The notes beneath the pieces were generated by a model. The model did not search any database. It saw only the letters and a list, made by a program, of their open reading frames with translations, and was not told the DNA's origin. Source: Bacillota bacterium (GTDB lineage: Bacteria > Bacillota > Limnochordia > DTU087). From it: 50,097 bases of DNA. A program made the translations under genes and the position numbers. Location: the NCBI GenBank assembly GCA_012510855.1, contig JAAZHE010000011.1:1-50097 (forward strand), given 5' to 3'. Positions within the stretch are counted from its first letter, which is position 1. Each line of letters begins with the position of its first letter. Below are positions 39,200 to 48,315 of the stretch, one piece after another.

Positions 39200-39979
39200 A
39201 TGCAGAATCTAGTTAAATCCTTTACAGTCGAGAAGCTAGCTGTGGAGATCTATGAAAATCGGCAGGCCCTAGGGCAGGCGGCAGGTAAGCGAGCCGCTGA
39301 GAAAATGCGGGAACTCCTTAAAGAGCGGGATTCCATCAATGTGGTCTTTGCTGCTGCTCCCTCCCAGAATGAGTTTCTGGACACTTTGATGAGCGAACCG
39401 GATATCGATTGGGAAAGGGTAAGGGCTTTTCATCTAGATGAGTATCTAGGCCTACCCAGCGATGCACCCCAGAGATTTGCCGTTTATCTAAACCAGCGGG
39501 TTTTCAGCAAGGTTAAGTTCAAGGAGATTCATTATCTCAAGGGAGATACCGATTCACCGGAGGCAGAAGCCCAACGCTATGCCGATCTCCTTACAAAATA
39601 TCCTTTGGATATCGCCTTCCTCGGCATCGGTGAAAACGGCCATTTGGCATTCATTGATCCGCCGGTGGCGGATTTCGAAGACCCGTATCTTGTGAAAATA
39701 GTTGAGCTAGACGACATCTGCCGCCAGCAGCAGGTTAACGATGGAGCTTTCCCATCCATTGATCTCGTACCTAAGACGGCCCTCAGCATGACCATCCCTG
39801 CCATCATGGCGGCCAAGAATATCTACTGCATGGTGCCCGGCCCGACCAAGGCTCAGGCGGTGAAGGAGACCTTGTATGGACCCATTGATACCCACTGCCC
39901 AGCCTCCATCCTGCGCCGCCATGACGCAGCGGTACTGTTCATCGATAAGGATTCGGCAGCTTTGCTGGAGGATAAGTAG
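39200..39979 (+). CDS. Glucosamine-6-phosphate deaminase/isomerase family protein (NagB-like)
   Basis: 'FAAAPSQNEF', 'AFHLDEY' and 'AFLGIGENGHLAFIDPP' are typical of the NagB/6-phosphogluconolactonase fold. RBS 'aggaggg'. Confidence 0.8.
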   Translation: MQNLVKSFTVEKLAVEIYENRQALGQAAGKRAAEKMRELLKERDSINVVFAAAPSQNEFLDTLMSEPDIDWERVRAFHLDEYLGLPSDAPQRFAVYLNQRVFSKVKFKEIHYLKGDTDSPEAEAQRYADLLTKYPLDIAFLGIGENGHLAFIDPPVADFEDPYLVKIVELDDICRQQQVNDGAFPSIDLVPKTALSMTIPAIMAAKNIYCMVPGPTKAQAVKETLYGPIDTHCPASILRRHDAAVLFIDKDSAALLEDK

Positions 39980-40080
39980 GCTAAAGGGTAAATGGGTTCT
40001 AAAGCTATAGAAAGCTCACCGGAGCCCTGGATTTACCAGCGGTTTGATTAAAACTCAAGCAACCATGAAGGTTTGAGAAA

Positions 40081-41307
40081 ATGTGGTCAGGTACCAACAG
40101 CAAGGACTTAAAAATACTCAATCGAATACTAGTCAGAAATATCATCCGGAGACGGGGCCCCATCTCCCGCTCTGAGATCGCGCAAGAGACAGGTCTCACC
40201 CCTTCAACGGTGACCGTCATAACCGCAGAACTCCTGGAAGCGGGGGTCATCAAAGAAGCGGGTCACGGTGAGTCGACGGGTGGGCGGCGGCCGGTACTTC
40301 TGGAACTAAACCCCACCGCTGCCCACATCTTCGCGGTCAAGCTGCAGCGGGGAGAAGCGACCGCTGCTCTGTTCGGCCTCACCTGCAACCTGTTGGCGGA
40401 GCGCACTTACCATCTTGACACCGATGCTCCGGAGGGGGTAGTTGAGACCATCGGGCGCTCTTTCCAGGAGCTAGCCCGAGAAGCCGACATCGATCCCGGC
40501 TCTGTGCTCTTGTGCGGGGTGGCTTGCCCAGGCTTAGTCTGTTCTGAGCGGGGGATCGTAGAACGGTCCTCGAACTTGGGCTGGCTGAAGGTCCCCCTGG
40601 GGGAAATGATCAGAAACCGGCTGGGCGGTATCTCGGTACATGTCGAGAATATCTCCAATGCTGCTGCTTTAGCAGAGAAGGAGTTTGGCCTCGGTAAGGG
40701 CTACAGCGACATGGTCTTCGTCAATCTCTCGGTGGGAGTTAGTGCCGGGATCCTGGTCAATGGGGAGATCTACGGCGGAGTTCAGGGCTACGCCGGAGAG
40801 ATCGGCCACGTCAGCTTCATTCCCAAGGATGGCCCCTGGTGCGCCTGCGGCCGGCGAGGCTGTTTTGAAGCAGTTTGCGGTGCAAGGGCAGTATTGGAAC
40901 GCATCAAGGCGCGGGTTCCCGAGGAGGAGTTCGCCCGGTACGGCCTTTCCAAAGACCTGGTGAAGCTGAATGAGCTGATCGGCTCGCCCCTAGTTGATTC
41001 CCCGGAAGTGCAAAGGGTGGTTGATGAGACCGGCAGGGCTGTAGGGATCCTGGTTGCTAATCTGGTGAATCTCTTAAATCCGAGGATCATCATTTTAGGC
41101 GGAGAACTCTCTGCCTTTGGCAAGCCCCTGCTACGGGCGGTTGAAGAAGAAGTGAAGCTGCGGTCTTTGGAGGAAATGTACAACAGCACAAGCATTGAGC
41201 TTTCTAACTTGCGGGGGTCCGGTCCACTGATGGGAGTATATGCCCTGGCCCTTGAAAAGGTGTTCTCCTTAGAGGAGTGGGACGTCAATGTGGAACTGCG
41301 GGTATAG
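40081..41307 (+). CDS. ROK-family transcriptional regulator (NagC/XylR-like)
   Basis: N-terminal wHTH 'ISRSEIAQETGLTPSTVTVITAELLEAGVI', then a ROK sugar-kinase fold with the Zn motif 'CACGRRGCFEAVCG'. Confidence 0.85.
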   Translation: MWSGTNSKDLKILNRILVRNIIRRRGPISRSEIAQETGLTPSTVTVITAELLEAGVIKEAGHGESTGGRRPVLLELNPTAAHIFAVKLQRGEATAALFGLTCNLLAERTYHLDTDAPEGVVETIGRSFQELAREADIDPGSVLLCGVACPGLVCSERGIVERSSNLGWLKVPLGEMIRNRLGGISVHVENISNAAALAEKEFGLGKGYSDMVFVNLSVGVSAGILVNGEIYGGVQGYAGEIGHVSFIPKDGPWCACGRRGCFEAVCGARAVLERIKARVPEEEFARYGLSKDLVKLNELIGSPLVDSPEVQRVVDETGRAVGILVANLVNLLNPRIIILGGELSAFGKPLLRAVEEEVKLRSLEEMYNSTSIELSNLRGSGPLMGVYALALEKVFSLEEWDVNVELRV

Positions 41308-41446
41308 ATACCGCTTATGCAAGAAAGGCCAGGTGTGGATATATAAAGAGCGGTAAGTCTCTGAAATCTCCTTGGAGTGAGGAATGAGAGCAACGCCGCC
41401 AGGAGAAATGTGTACATCGCTAGAAAAGGAATGGGAGGTTTAGCAC

Positions 41447-42517
41447 ATGCCAACCAAGTCAGGTAAGGTGGGAATCGGAATTGTAGGGGCTAAGTTTGCC
41501 GGCGAACTGCACGCCACCTCTTATGCCCGCTGCGCTGATGCTGAAATGGTAGCGGCCTGCTCCAATCGCCCTGAGGAATTGGAGGAGTTTACAGCCCGCT
41601 TCGGCATCAAGAAGTCTTATTTGGATTATCGGGAACTGGTAAAAGACCCAGAGGTAGATATAGTCAGCATTTGCGTGCCCAATTTCCTGCACTACGAAGT
41701 TGCCATGGCAGCTTGTGAGGCCGGCAAGCATGTAGTGTGCGAAAAACCCCTGGCCACCACCATCGAGCATGCCCGGGAGATGGTGGAAGCCTTTGAGAAA
41801 AAGGGTCTAAAACTCATGTACGCCGAAGATTGGAACTTTGCTCCGGCGCTGGTTCGGGCTAAGCAGATCGTGGATGAAGGGGCTATCGGCGAAATCCTTT
41901 ATATCCGGGCCAAGGAATCCCACAACGGTTCCCATTCGCCCTTTGCCCAGAAGTTGGAATACTGCGGCGGAGGGGCCCTGCTGCACCTCGGCTGCCATCC
42001 CGCTGCCTTCGTCCGCTATATTACGGGACAGGAAGTTGTGGAGGTAGTGGCATCGGTAACCGGCGGCCTGGATGAGAATCTCGTTCACAAAGGTCTTGAG
42101 GGAGAAGACTTTGGCGTTGCTCTCTTGACCCTGGCTAATGGAACCCGTGCCGTTATCGAAGGCAACTACGTGACCCAGGGCGGCATGGATGACTGTGTCG
42201 AGATCTATGGCACCAAGGGTGTTGTCAAGGTAGATTTGACCTTCGGTTCCCCCATCTCTGTCTACAGCTCAGTGGGCTATTCCTACGTGCTGGAGAAGGC
42301 AGATATGTCCACAGGTTGGACGAAGCCTGCCGTTGACGAGTTCTATTCACTGGGGTACCAGACAGAGCTGGCTGAGTTCGTCCGCTGTGTGAAAGAAGAC
42401 CTGCCTGTGCCGCAAGGCGCACGGGGCATTGATGGTTTGATGACTCTGGCCATCATTAAAGCTGCCTATCAGTCAGCTGTGGAAGGCCGTCCAGTCGATC
42501 CCAGGGACTTGGTTTAA
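41447..42517 (+). CDS. Gfo/Idh/MocA-family oxidoreductase
   Basis: 'VGIGIVGAKFAGELH' and 'GKHVVCEKPL'. RBS 'gggagg'. Confidence 0.85.
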   Translation: MPTKSGKVGIGIVGAKFAGELHATSYARCADAEMVAACSNRPEELEEFTARFGIKKSYLDYRELVKDPEVDIVSICVPNFLHYEVAMAACEAGKHVVCEKPLATTIEHAREMVEAFEKKGLKLMYAEDWNFAPALVRAKQIVDEGAIGEILYIRAKESHNGSHSPFAQKLEYCGGGALLHLGCHPAAFVRYITGQEVVEVVASVTGGLDENLVHKGLEGEDFGVALLTLANGTRAVIEGNYVTQGGMDDCVEIYGTKGVVKVDLTFGSPISVYSSVGYSYVLEKADMSTGWTKPAVDEFYSLGYQTELAEFVRCVKEDLPVPQGARGIDGLMTLAIIKAAYQSAVEGRPVDPRDLV

Positions 42518-42534
42518 GATAGGAGGAGAATTGC

Positions 42535-43716
42535 ATGTTTAAAGAGATCGAGTACGCTGGACTCAAGTTCAAAAATCCCTTCGTAGTAGCATCTGGCCCG
42601 CCGGGAGCCACCGTTGAGCGCCTGGTTAAGGCAGAAGATGCAGGTGCTGCAGGTGTATCGGTGAAGCTCACCTTCACGAAGCAGCCCTTCTACGGCCGGC
42701 TGCGGATGTACTCCAAACCAGGCGAAGCTTCCATCGTCTGCCACGATCGGCGGCTGGATATGGAGGAAGGTTTTGAGTTAGTTCGAAAAGGAAAGGAACG
42801 GACTGATCTCAAATTATTGGCTAATATCACCCATCCGGCGGAGGACCTGGAAGGCTGGCAGACCCTGGCTAAGGGATATGAAGAGGCTGGTGCCGATGCC
42901 ATCGAGCTCAACCTCATCTGCCCCAACATCAGCTTTTCCGAACGGCGGATGGGCCGCAGCACAGATAAGTCCCACGGCGCCGCCATCGGACAGCATCCCG
43001 AGATTGTCGAGCAGGTGGTAGGGGCTGTACGGGAAGCTGTCAATATCCCGGTGGTTGCCAAACTGACTCCGAATGTGAATGACATTACCGTCACCGCTAA
43101 GGCTGCCGAGCGGGCAGGAGCTGCCGGCGTCGTCATGGCTGGCGGCCAGTCGGGCCTGCCCCGGGTGGATATTTATAACGGCGGTCGGCCATTAGGCGCC
43201 TATTGTGTCGACGGCTATTCCTTCGGCAGCATGGGTGGCCCCGGCATCATCTACCAGTCCTTTGCCCTTACAGCTCAGCTGGCCCGGGCTTTGAACATCC
43301 CCGTAATGGCCGGCGGCGGTTTGAGCACTTGGGAAGACGGGATCAATTTCATGATGTACGGAGCAACCCTGGTGACTGCTTGTACAGTCCTGATGTGGGA
43401 GGGCTTCGGTGTAATTCGGGAGATTGTAGACGGCATGGAGCGGTTTATGAATGAGGCCGGCTACAGCTCTTGGCAGGATATCATCGGTATGTCTCTCCCG
43501 TATCTAAAACCAGCTAAAGAACTACAAGTTGTACCTGGAAAGGCGGTGATAGATGAGGATATCTGTACAGGATGTCTGAAATGTGTTGGCCTGGCACACT
43601 GTGATGCTATCGTCGAAGCTGACGGTATGCCCCAGGTCATACCAGAGGAATGCGTCGCTTGTGGTATCTGTATTGGAGTTTGCCCAGTAGGGACGATCTC
43701 GGTAGTGGAGTGCTAA
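42535..43716 (+). CDS. PreA/dihydropyrimidine-dehydrogenase-domain-IV-like flavoprotein (DHOD fold) with C-terminal 2x[4Fe-4S] ferredoxin domain
   Basis: 'LKFKNPFVVASGP', 'ADAIELNLICPN', 'IPVVAKLTPNVNDI', 'PVMAGGGLSTWEDG', then 'CTGCLKCVGLAHC' and 'CVACGICIGVCP'. Confidence 0.8.
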   Translation: MFKEIEYAGLKFKNPFVVASGPPGATVERLVKAEDAGAAGVSVKLTFTKQPFYGRLRMYSKPGEASIVCHDRRLDMEEGFELVRKGKERTDLKLLANITHPAEDLEGWQTLAKGYEEAGADAIELNLICPNISFSERRMGRSTDKSHGAAIGQHPEIVEQVVGAVREAVNIPVVAKLTPNVNDITVTAKAAERAGAAGVVMAGGQSGLPRVDIYNGGRPLGAYCVDGYSFGSMGGPGIIYQSFALTAQLARALNIPVMAGGGLSTWEDGINFMMYGATLVTACTVLMWEGFGVIREIVDGMERFMNEAGYSSWQDIIGMSLPYLKPAKELQVVPGKAVIDEDICTGCLKCVGLAHCDAIVEADGMPQVIPEECVACGICIGVCPVGTISVVEC

Positions 43717-43794
43717 AGGCGTAAGCTAAGTGGTCTCTACATCAACAGCAAGCGGAACACAATGAATCTATCTTGAAGAAAAGGAGATGGAGAA

Positions 43795-44955
43795 ATGAAG
43801 CGGTTTGCGCTAATTCTAGCAATCCTGCTAGTAGCTTTTGGTTCAGTCGCCCATGCAAATGAACCTATCGTAATCGGGTTTATCACTGCCCTTACAGGCT
43901 CCACCAGCTTGTGGGGAACCCAGGAAGCTAACGGCGCCATTCTCCGTACCGAAGAGATCAACGCTGCGGGCGGAGTTCTTGGTCGGCCTCTCAAGCTGAT
44001 CGTGTATGACCACAAGGGAAGCCCCCAGGAGGGAGTATTGGCTTACCGCCGTCTAGTTGACGAAGACAAGGCAGTGGCAGTTCTGGGTACCCATTTCTCC
44101 AACATCAGCCTCGCCATTGCCCCAGTAGCAGAGCAGAAGAAAGTGCCGGTACTGGGCCAGGCAGTAGAGCCCAAGGTAACTATGCCGGCTCCCGGCAGGC
44201 TCAACAAGTACCACTTCCTCGCTCAGCCCAGCTGTATTGAGCAGGGTCGGATGATGGCCAGGTTTGCCTTTGAAGAGCTCGGCGCTCGCAAGGCTGCGGT
44301 CCTGACCGACAAATCCAACTCCTACTCCATTTCCCAGGCAGAGCACTTTGCTGAGTACTTCAAGAGCCGGGGTGGAGAGATCACCGACTTCATCGAGTAC
44401 GCAGCTGGTACCGTCGATTACCGTGCTCATCTCACCCAGATCAAGCAGGGTAATCCAGACGTCATCTTCCTGCCCCAGTATGCACAGCCCGGCGGCATGC
44501 AGGTCAAGCAGGCCAAGGAATTGGGTATCGATGCCATCTTCCTAGGCTCCAACAGCTTGTCTGACCCGCCCTTCATGGCTGCTGCTGGCGGTGCCGAGAA
44601 CGTCGCAGGCCTATACTTCCTGTTCAACGTCAACTGGAATGAGCCCAAGTTCGAGGGCTTCATCAAGAACTATGAGGCCAGGTTCGGCGAGAAGCCGGTA
44701 ACTTACCACAGCCTGTTCGGGTATGACGATGTGACCCTGATCTGCGAGGCCATCAAGAACGCTGGATCCACTGACCCCGAGGCAATTCGGACCGCAGTAG
44801 AGAATCTGACCAATGTACCCATCATGTTGGGTGACGGCTACTTCACCATGGATCCCGAGACCCACAGGCCTCTGAATATGCCGTCCTGGATTATGATGTG
44901 GAACGAAGCTGGTGAGCATGTTCCTGTACAGCTAGTTTATCCTCCTGCAGATTAA
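43795..44955 (+). CDS. ABC transporter substrate-binding protein, LIV (branched-chain amino acid/amide) family
   Basis: Signal peptide 'MKRFALILAILLVAFGSVAHA'. 'IVIGFITALTGSTSLWG' and the overall Peripla_BP_6-like pattern. LivHMGF genes follow. Confidence 0.85.
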   Translation: MKRFALILAILLVAFGSVAHANEPIVIGFITALTGSTSLWGTQEANGAILRTEEINAAGGVLGRPLKLIVYDHKGSPQEGVLAYRRLVDEDKAVAVLGTHFSNISLAIAPVAEQKKVPVLGQAVEPKVTMPAPGRLNKYHFLAQPSCIEQGRMMARFAFEELGARKAAVLTDKSNSYSISQAEHFAEYFKSRGGEITDFIEYAAGTVDYRAHLTQIKQGNPDVIFLPQYAQPGGMQVKQAKELGIDAIFLGSNSLSDPPFMAAAGGAENVAGLYFLFNVNWNEPKFEGFIKNYEARFGEKPVTYHSLFGYDDVTLICEAIKNAGSTDPEAIRTAVENLTNVPIMLGDGYFTMDPETHRPLNMPSWIMMWNEAGEHVPVQLVYPPAD

Positions 44956-44980
44956 TCTGGGGGTTAACAGCGGAATTAGC

Positions 44981-45001
44981 GGGGCCGGTAAACCCGGCCC
45001 C
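44981..45001 (+). other. GC-rich intercistronic stem-loop after the binding-protein gene
   Basis: 'ggggccgg-taaac-ccggcccc' is a perfect 8-bp GC stem, followed by 'tgacaaaaaaa' (an A-run, not a T-run). Confidence 0.6.
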
Positions 45002-45028
45002 TGACAAAAAAAGGTAGGGAATGAGCTT

Positions 45029-45901
45029 ATGTTTGTACAGCAACTGGTAAACGGCATCTCACTTGGCTCTATGTATGCACTCTTGGCCGTCGGTTTTGCC
45101 ATTGTGTATAACATCTTGGGGATCGTGAACTTTTCCCACGGAGCTACGATTACATTAGGCGCTTACTGTGCTTACTGGCTTTCGACATATCTACGCCTGC
45201 CCCTGGAGCTTGCTATGGTGACGGCAGTGATTATTGCGGGACTGGTCAGTGCATTAATCGAAAGGGTTACTCTTAATCCACTGCGCCGCAAAGGGCAGCC
45301 CCAGATCTTCTTTTTCATTGCTTCACTGACTGTGTTTAACCTGGTTACCGCCATCGTGATTTATGTTTCCAAAGCCAACATAACATCTTATCCGAGAACT
45401 CTTATCTATGGAAGCATCAGGATGGCAAATGTGGTGGTCCCCAAACTGGATGCTTTGATGCTGGGGATAGCCGTTCTGGCCCTGCTGGCGTTATCTGCAG
45501 TACTTTATAGGACGAAGATCGGGCTGGCCATTCGCTGCTGCTCCTATGACATTAAGGCAGCGCAGCTGATGGGCATCAACACTGACCTGGCCATCGGTGC
45601 CACCTTCATGTTGGCCGGTCTTTTGGGCGGCATCGGCGGTGCCCTTCTGGGCGCAAAATACGCTGTTTATCCCGAGCTTGGCGACATGGTGTACCGGGCC
45701 TTTTTCGCGTGTATGGTGGGAGGCCTGGGTAGTCTGACGGGAGCCATCTTTGGGGGTCTTCTGATCGGCATGATCGAGACGGTCTCCAACGCCTACATCA
45801 ACGCGGCTATCAGTCCAGCTATTACCTTTGGTCTATTGGTCATCATACTGCTTGTCAGACCGCAGGGTATTGCCGGCAAGCTGGTTGAAGACAAGATATA
45901 G
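45029..45901 (+). CDS. livH: Branched-chain amino acid-type ABC permease
   Basis: 'MFVQQLVNGISLGSMYALLAVGFAIVY' is a classic LivH N-terminus. About 8 TM segments. Confidence 0.9.
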   Translation: MFVQQLVNGISLGSMYALLAVGFAIVYNILGIVNFSHGATITLGAYCAYWLSTYLRLPLELAMVTAVIIAGLVSALIERVTLNPLRRKGQPQIFFFIASLTVFNLVTAIVIYVSKANITSYPRTLIYGSIRMANVVVPKLDALMLGIAVLALLALSAVLYRTKIGLAIRCCSYDIKAAQLMGINTDLAIGATFMLAGLLGGIGGALLGAKYAVYPELGDMVYRAFFACMVGGLGSLTGAIFGGLLIGMIETVSNAYINAAISPAITFGLLVIILLVRPQGIAGKLVEDKI

Positions 45902-45913
45902 GAGGTGAGCCAA

Positions 45914-46789
45914 GTGTCGTTTTATGAGAGCGTATTTGTCAACGTAGGCATCATGATCATCATCGCACAGGGAGTATACGTGATCACCGGGCTCACCGGA
46001 CTGTTTTCCCTCGGCCAATCGTCCTTTGTCGCGGTGGGTGCTTATACAGCTGGATTCCTGGCGACTATGTATGGGCTCCATCCCTTTCTGTGCCTTTTGG
46101 CGGGAATGGTGATGTCTGTACTAGTAAGCTTTGTTATCGGTATCCCCAGCCTGCGGCTGCGGCACGTCTACTTTTCCCTTGCCACCATCGCCTATTGATA
46201 TGCTCTGCGGGCCATCCGGATTGTCTCCCAGACCTTTGGAGGGTCCAACGGTTTAGTTGCGATTCCCACTCTAACCCGCTGGTGGCATGTAGTGATAGCA
46301 ATCATCGTCACCGTATGGGCAGTGAGGAACTTCAAGCTGTCCCGGTTCGGCCTGGCCTGTCTTTCGGTGCGCACTGATGAACTGGCAGCTAGAACCTACG
46401 GGATTCAGACCTTTGTCAGCAAGCAGATTGCCTTTTCCTTCGCAGCTGCAATTTCCGGCCTGGCCGGCGGTCTTTTGGCCTTCAATCTAGGGTATTTATC
46501 TCCAGATATGTTCGGTGTGCCCATTTCCTCAGAGTACCTGATTATGGTATTCTTCGGCGGCCTTTACAGCCAAACCGGTGCTGTGGTGGGATCTGCCCTG
46601 CTCACGGTGCTGATGGAGCTTCTTAGGACCACAGCCGCCTGGCGGATGATCGCTTACTCCGCGATTATCTTGATTATCATCCTTGTTAAACCTAATGGAC
46701 TGTTCGGCACCTGGGAATTCAGTTTCGATTCCTTAAATCCTCAGCGGCGCGCCAAACAGGGACTGGCAAAGGGAGGTGAGAGGGCATGA
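45914..46789 (+). pseudogene. livM: LivM-type ABC permease interrupted by a single in-frame TGA (46196-46198)
   Basis: ORFs 45905..46198 and 46292..46789 are in the same frame. The read-through translation is continuous LivM-like sequence ('...VYFSLATIAY*YALRAIRIVSQTFGGSNGLVAIP...'). The likely start is GTG 45914, 8 nt after 'ggagg'. Confidence 0.75.
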
Positions 46790-47562
46790 ACGCCTCAACG
46801 GAGCATGTACTGGAGGTAAAGGATCTATGCAAACAGTTCGGGGGCCTCGTTGCCGTTGACAATATGTGCTTCAGCGTGCATCCTCAGCAGATTGTGGGGA
46901 TTATTGGGCCCAATGGAGCTGGGAAAACAACGGTTTTCAATCTCATCAGCGGCATCACACCTCCGACCAGTGGGCAGATCCTCTTGGACGGCAACTGCAT
47001 TACCTCACATTCTTGCCATCAAGTGGCTATGTTGGGCATGAGGAGGACATTTCAAGAAATCCACCTCTTCCGGGGCCTAACGGTACTTCAGAATGTAAAA
47101 TCCGCAGCCTACCGGCAGATGGGTTACTCCTTGGTGGATGCCCTGCTCTGGACCAGGAAGCTGAGAAGCGAAGAACGGGCCATAACCGAGCTAGCTATGG
47201 AGCTCTTGGATCGATTTGGTCTAGCCGGAACCGCCCACGAGCGAGCCGACAGTCTGCCCTACGGCATGCAGAAGCGCCTTGAGATCGTCAAGGCCATCGT
47301 GTCAAATCCCAAAGTGCTGCTCTTAGATGAGCCCGCCGCCGGACTCAACGATGGAGAAACCATCGAACTCATGGAGCTGATTCACAAGATCCGAGAGGAA
47401 ATGGACATGACCATCCTCATTATCGAGCACTCCATGGAGGTCATCGAGGGGATCTGTGACCACGTGATTGTGATGAATTTCGGTAAGAAACTGGCCGAGG
47501 GCTCCTGGGATGAAGTCCGTACCAATGAAGAAGTAATTCGCTGTTATCTGGGGGTGGACTAG
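46786..47562 (+). CDS. livG: ABC transporter ATP-binding protein (LivG type)
   Basis: ATGA overlap with livM. 'GPNGAGKTT' and 'LLLDEPAAGLN', plus the LivG-type C-terminal extension. Confidence 0.9.
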   Translation: MNASTEHVLEVKDLCKQFGGLVAVDNMCFSVHPQQIVGIIGPNGAGKTTVFNLISGITPPTSGQILLDGNCITSHSCHQVAMLGMRRTFQEIHLFRGLTVLQNVKSAAYRQMGYSLVDALLWTRKLRSEERAITELAMELLDRFGLAGTAHERADSLPYGMQKRLEIVKAIVSNPKVLLLDEPAAGLNDGETIELMELIHKIREEMDMTILIIEHSMEVIEGICDHVIVMNFGKKLAEGSWDEVRTNEEVIRCYLGVD

Positions 47563-47563
47563 G

Positions 47564-48292
47564 GTGTTAAAGGTTGAAAACCTGTGTGTTTCCTACGGAG
47601 CCGTAAAGGCCTTGCGCAACATCAGCATTGAGGTGCCGGAAGGATCCATCGTCGCCTTGGTGGGAGCAAACGGAGCCGGTAAGACCAGCTTGCTGTCGGC
47701 TATATCCGGTCTTGTGCCCTATGAAGGCACCATCACCTATGCTGGAGAACCTTTGCCTAAGCGGAGCCATGAGATCGTTGCCAAGGGATTAGTCCATGTA
47801 CCGGAGGGCCGCCGCATCTTTGCCAACCTCACGGTTTATGAAAATCTCATGGCCGGTGCCTATACCGCCTGGGACAAGAACGGCATCAAAGAAAACCTAG
47901 ACAGGGTTTATCAGCTGTTTCCAAGGCTCAAGAACCGGGAAACGCAGTATGCCGGTACCCTCTCAGGAGGAGAGCGGCAGATGCTGGCAATTGGACGGGC
48001 CCTGATGAGCCGGCCCCGGATGCTCCTGGTGGATGAGCCGTCCTTGGGGTTAGCTCCCCTTCTGGTCAGCCAGGTCTTAGACCTGATTGTTCAAGTCAAT
48101 AAGCAGGGTGTAACAATCCTCTTGGTTGACCAGAATGCCCGTAAGTCCCTGCAGATTGCGGACTATGCCTATGTTCTCCAGCAGGGGAAAATCGTCAAAG
48201 AGGGCCGGGGTCAAGACCTCCTCAATGACGAAGCAGTGCAGATTGCTTACCTTGGCGGTAGAAAAAAGGAGTCAGATAACTGTACAGCTTAA
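47564..48292 (+). CDS. livF: ABC transporter ATP-binding protein (LivF type)
   Basis: GTG 47564. 'GANGAGKTS', 'LSGGERQMLAIGRAL', 'LLVDEPSLGLAP'. Confidence 0.9.
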   Translation: MLKVENLCVSYGAVKALRNISIEVPEGSIVALVGANGAGKTSLLSAISGLVPYEGTITYAGEPLPKRSHEIVAKGLVHVPEGRRIFANLTVYENLMAGAYTAWDKNGIKENLDRVYQLFPRLKNRETQYAGTLSGGERQMLAIGRALMSRPRMLLVDEPSLGLAPLLVSQVLDLIVQVNKQGVTILLVDQNARKSLQIADYAYVLQQGKIVKEGRGQDLLNDEAVQIAYLGGRKKESDNCTA

Positions 48293-48315
48293 TCGACAGG
48301 GAGGGCCGAGGCTAG

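Noticed and set aside
40788-41453. 221-aa minus-strand ORF
   Set aside because: It is antisense to the ROK regulator gene. Its Ser/Pro/Arg/Leu-rich, low-complexity translation is typical of a shadow frame, and it shows no family signal.
46196-46260. Selenocysteine or recoded TGA in livM
   Set aside because: I see no SECIS-like hairpin within ~40 nt downstream. The site lies in a hydrophobic permease segment where Gly is expected. TGA terminates several confident genes in this window. A nonsense mutation or sequencing error is more parsimonious.
45905-46789. Treating 45905..46198 and 46292..46789 as two separate genes
   Set aside because: They share the same frame, and the LivM-like sequence is continuous across the 93-nt 'gap'. 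The second ORF has no RBS. This is one gene with an internal stop.
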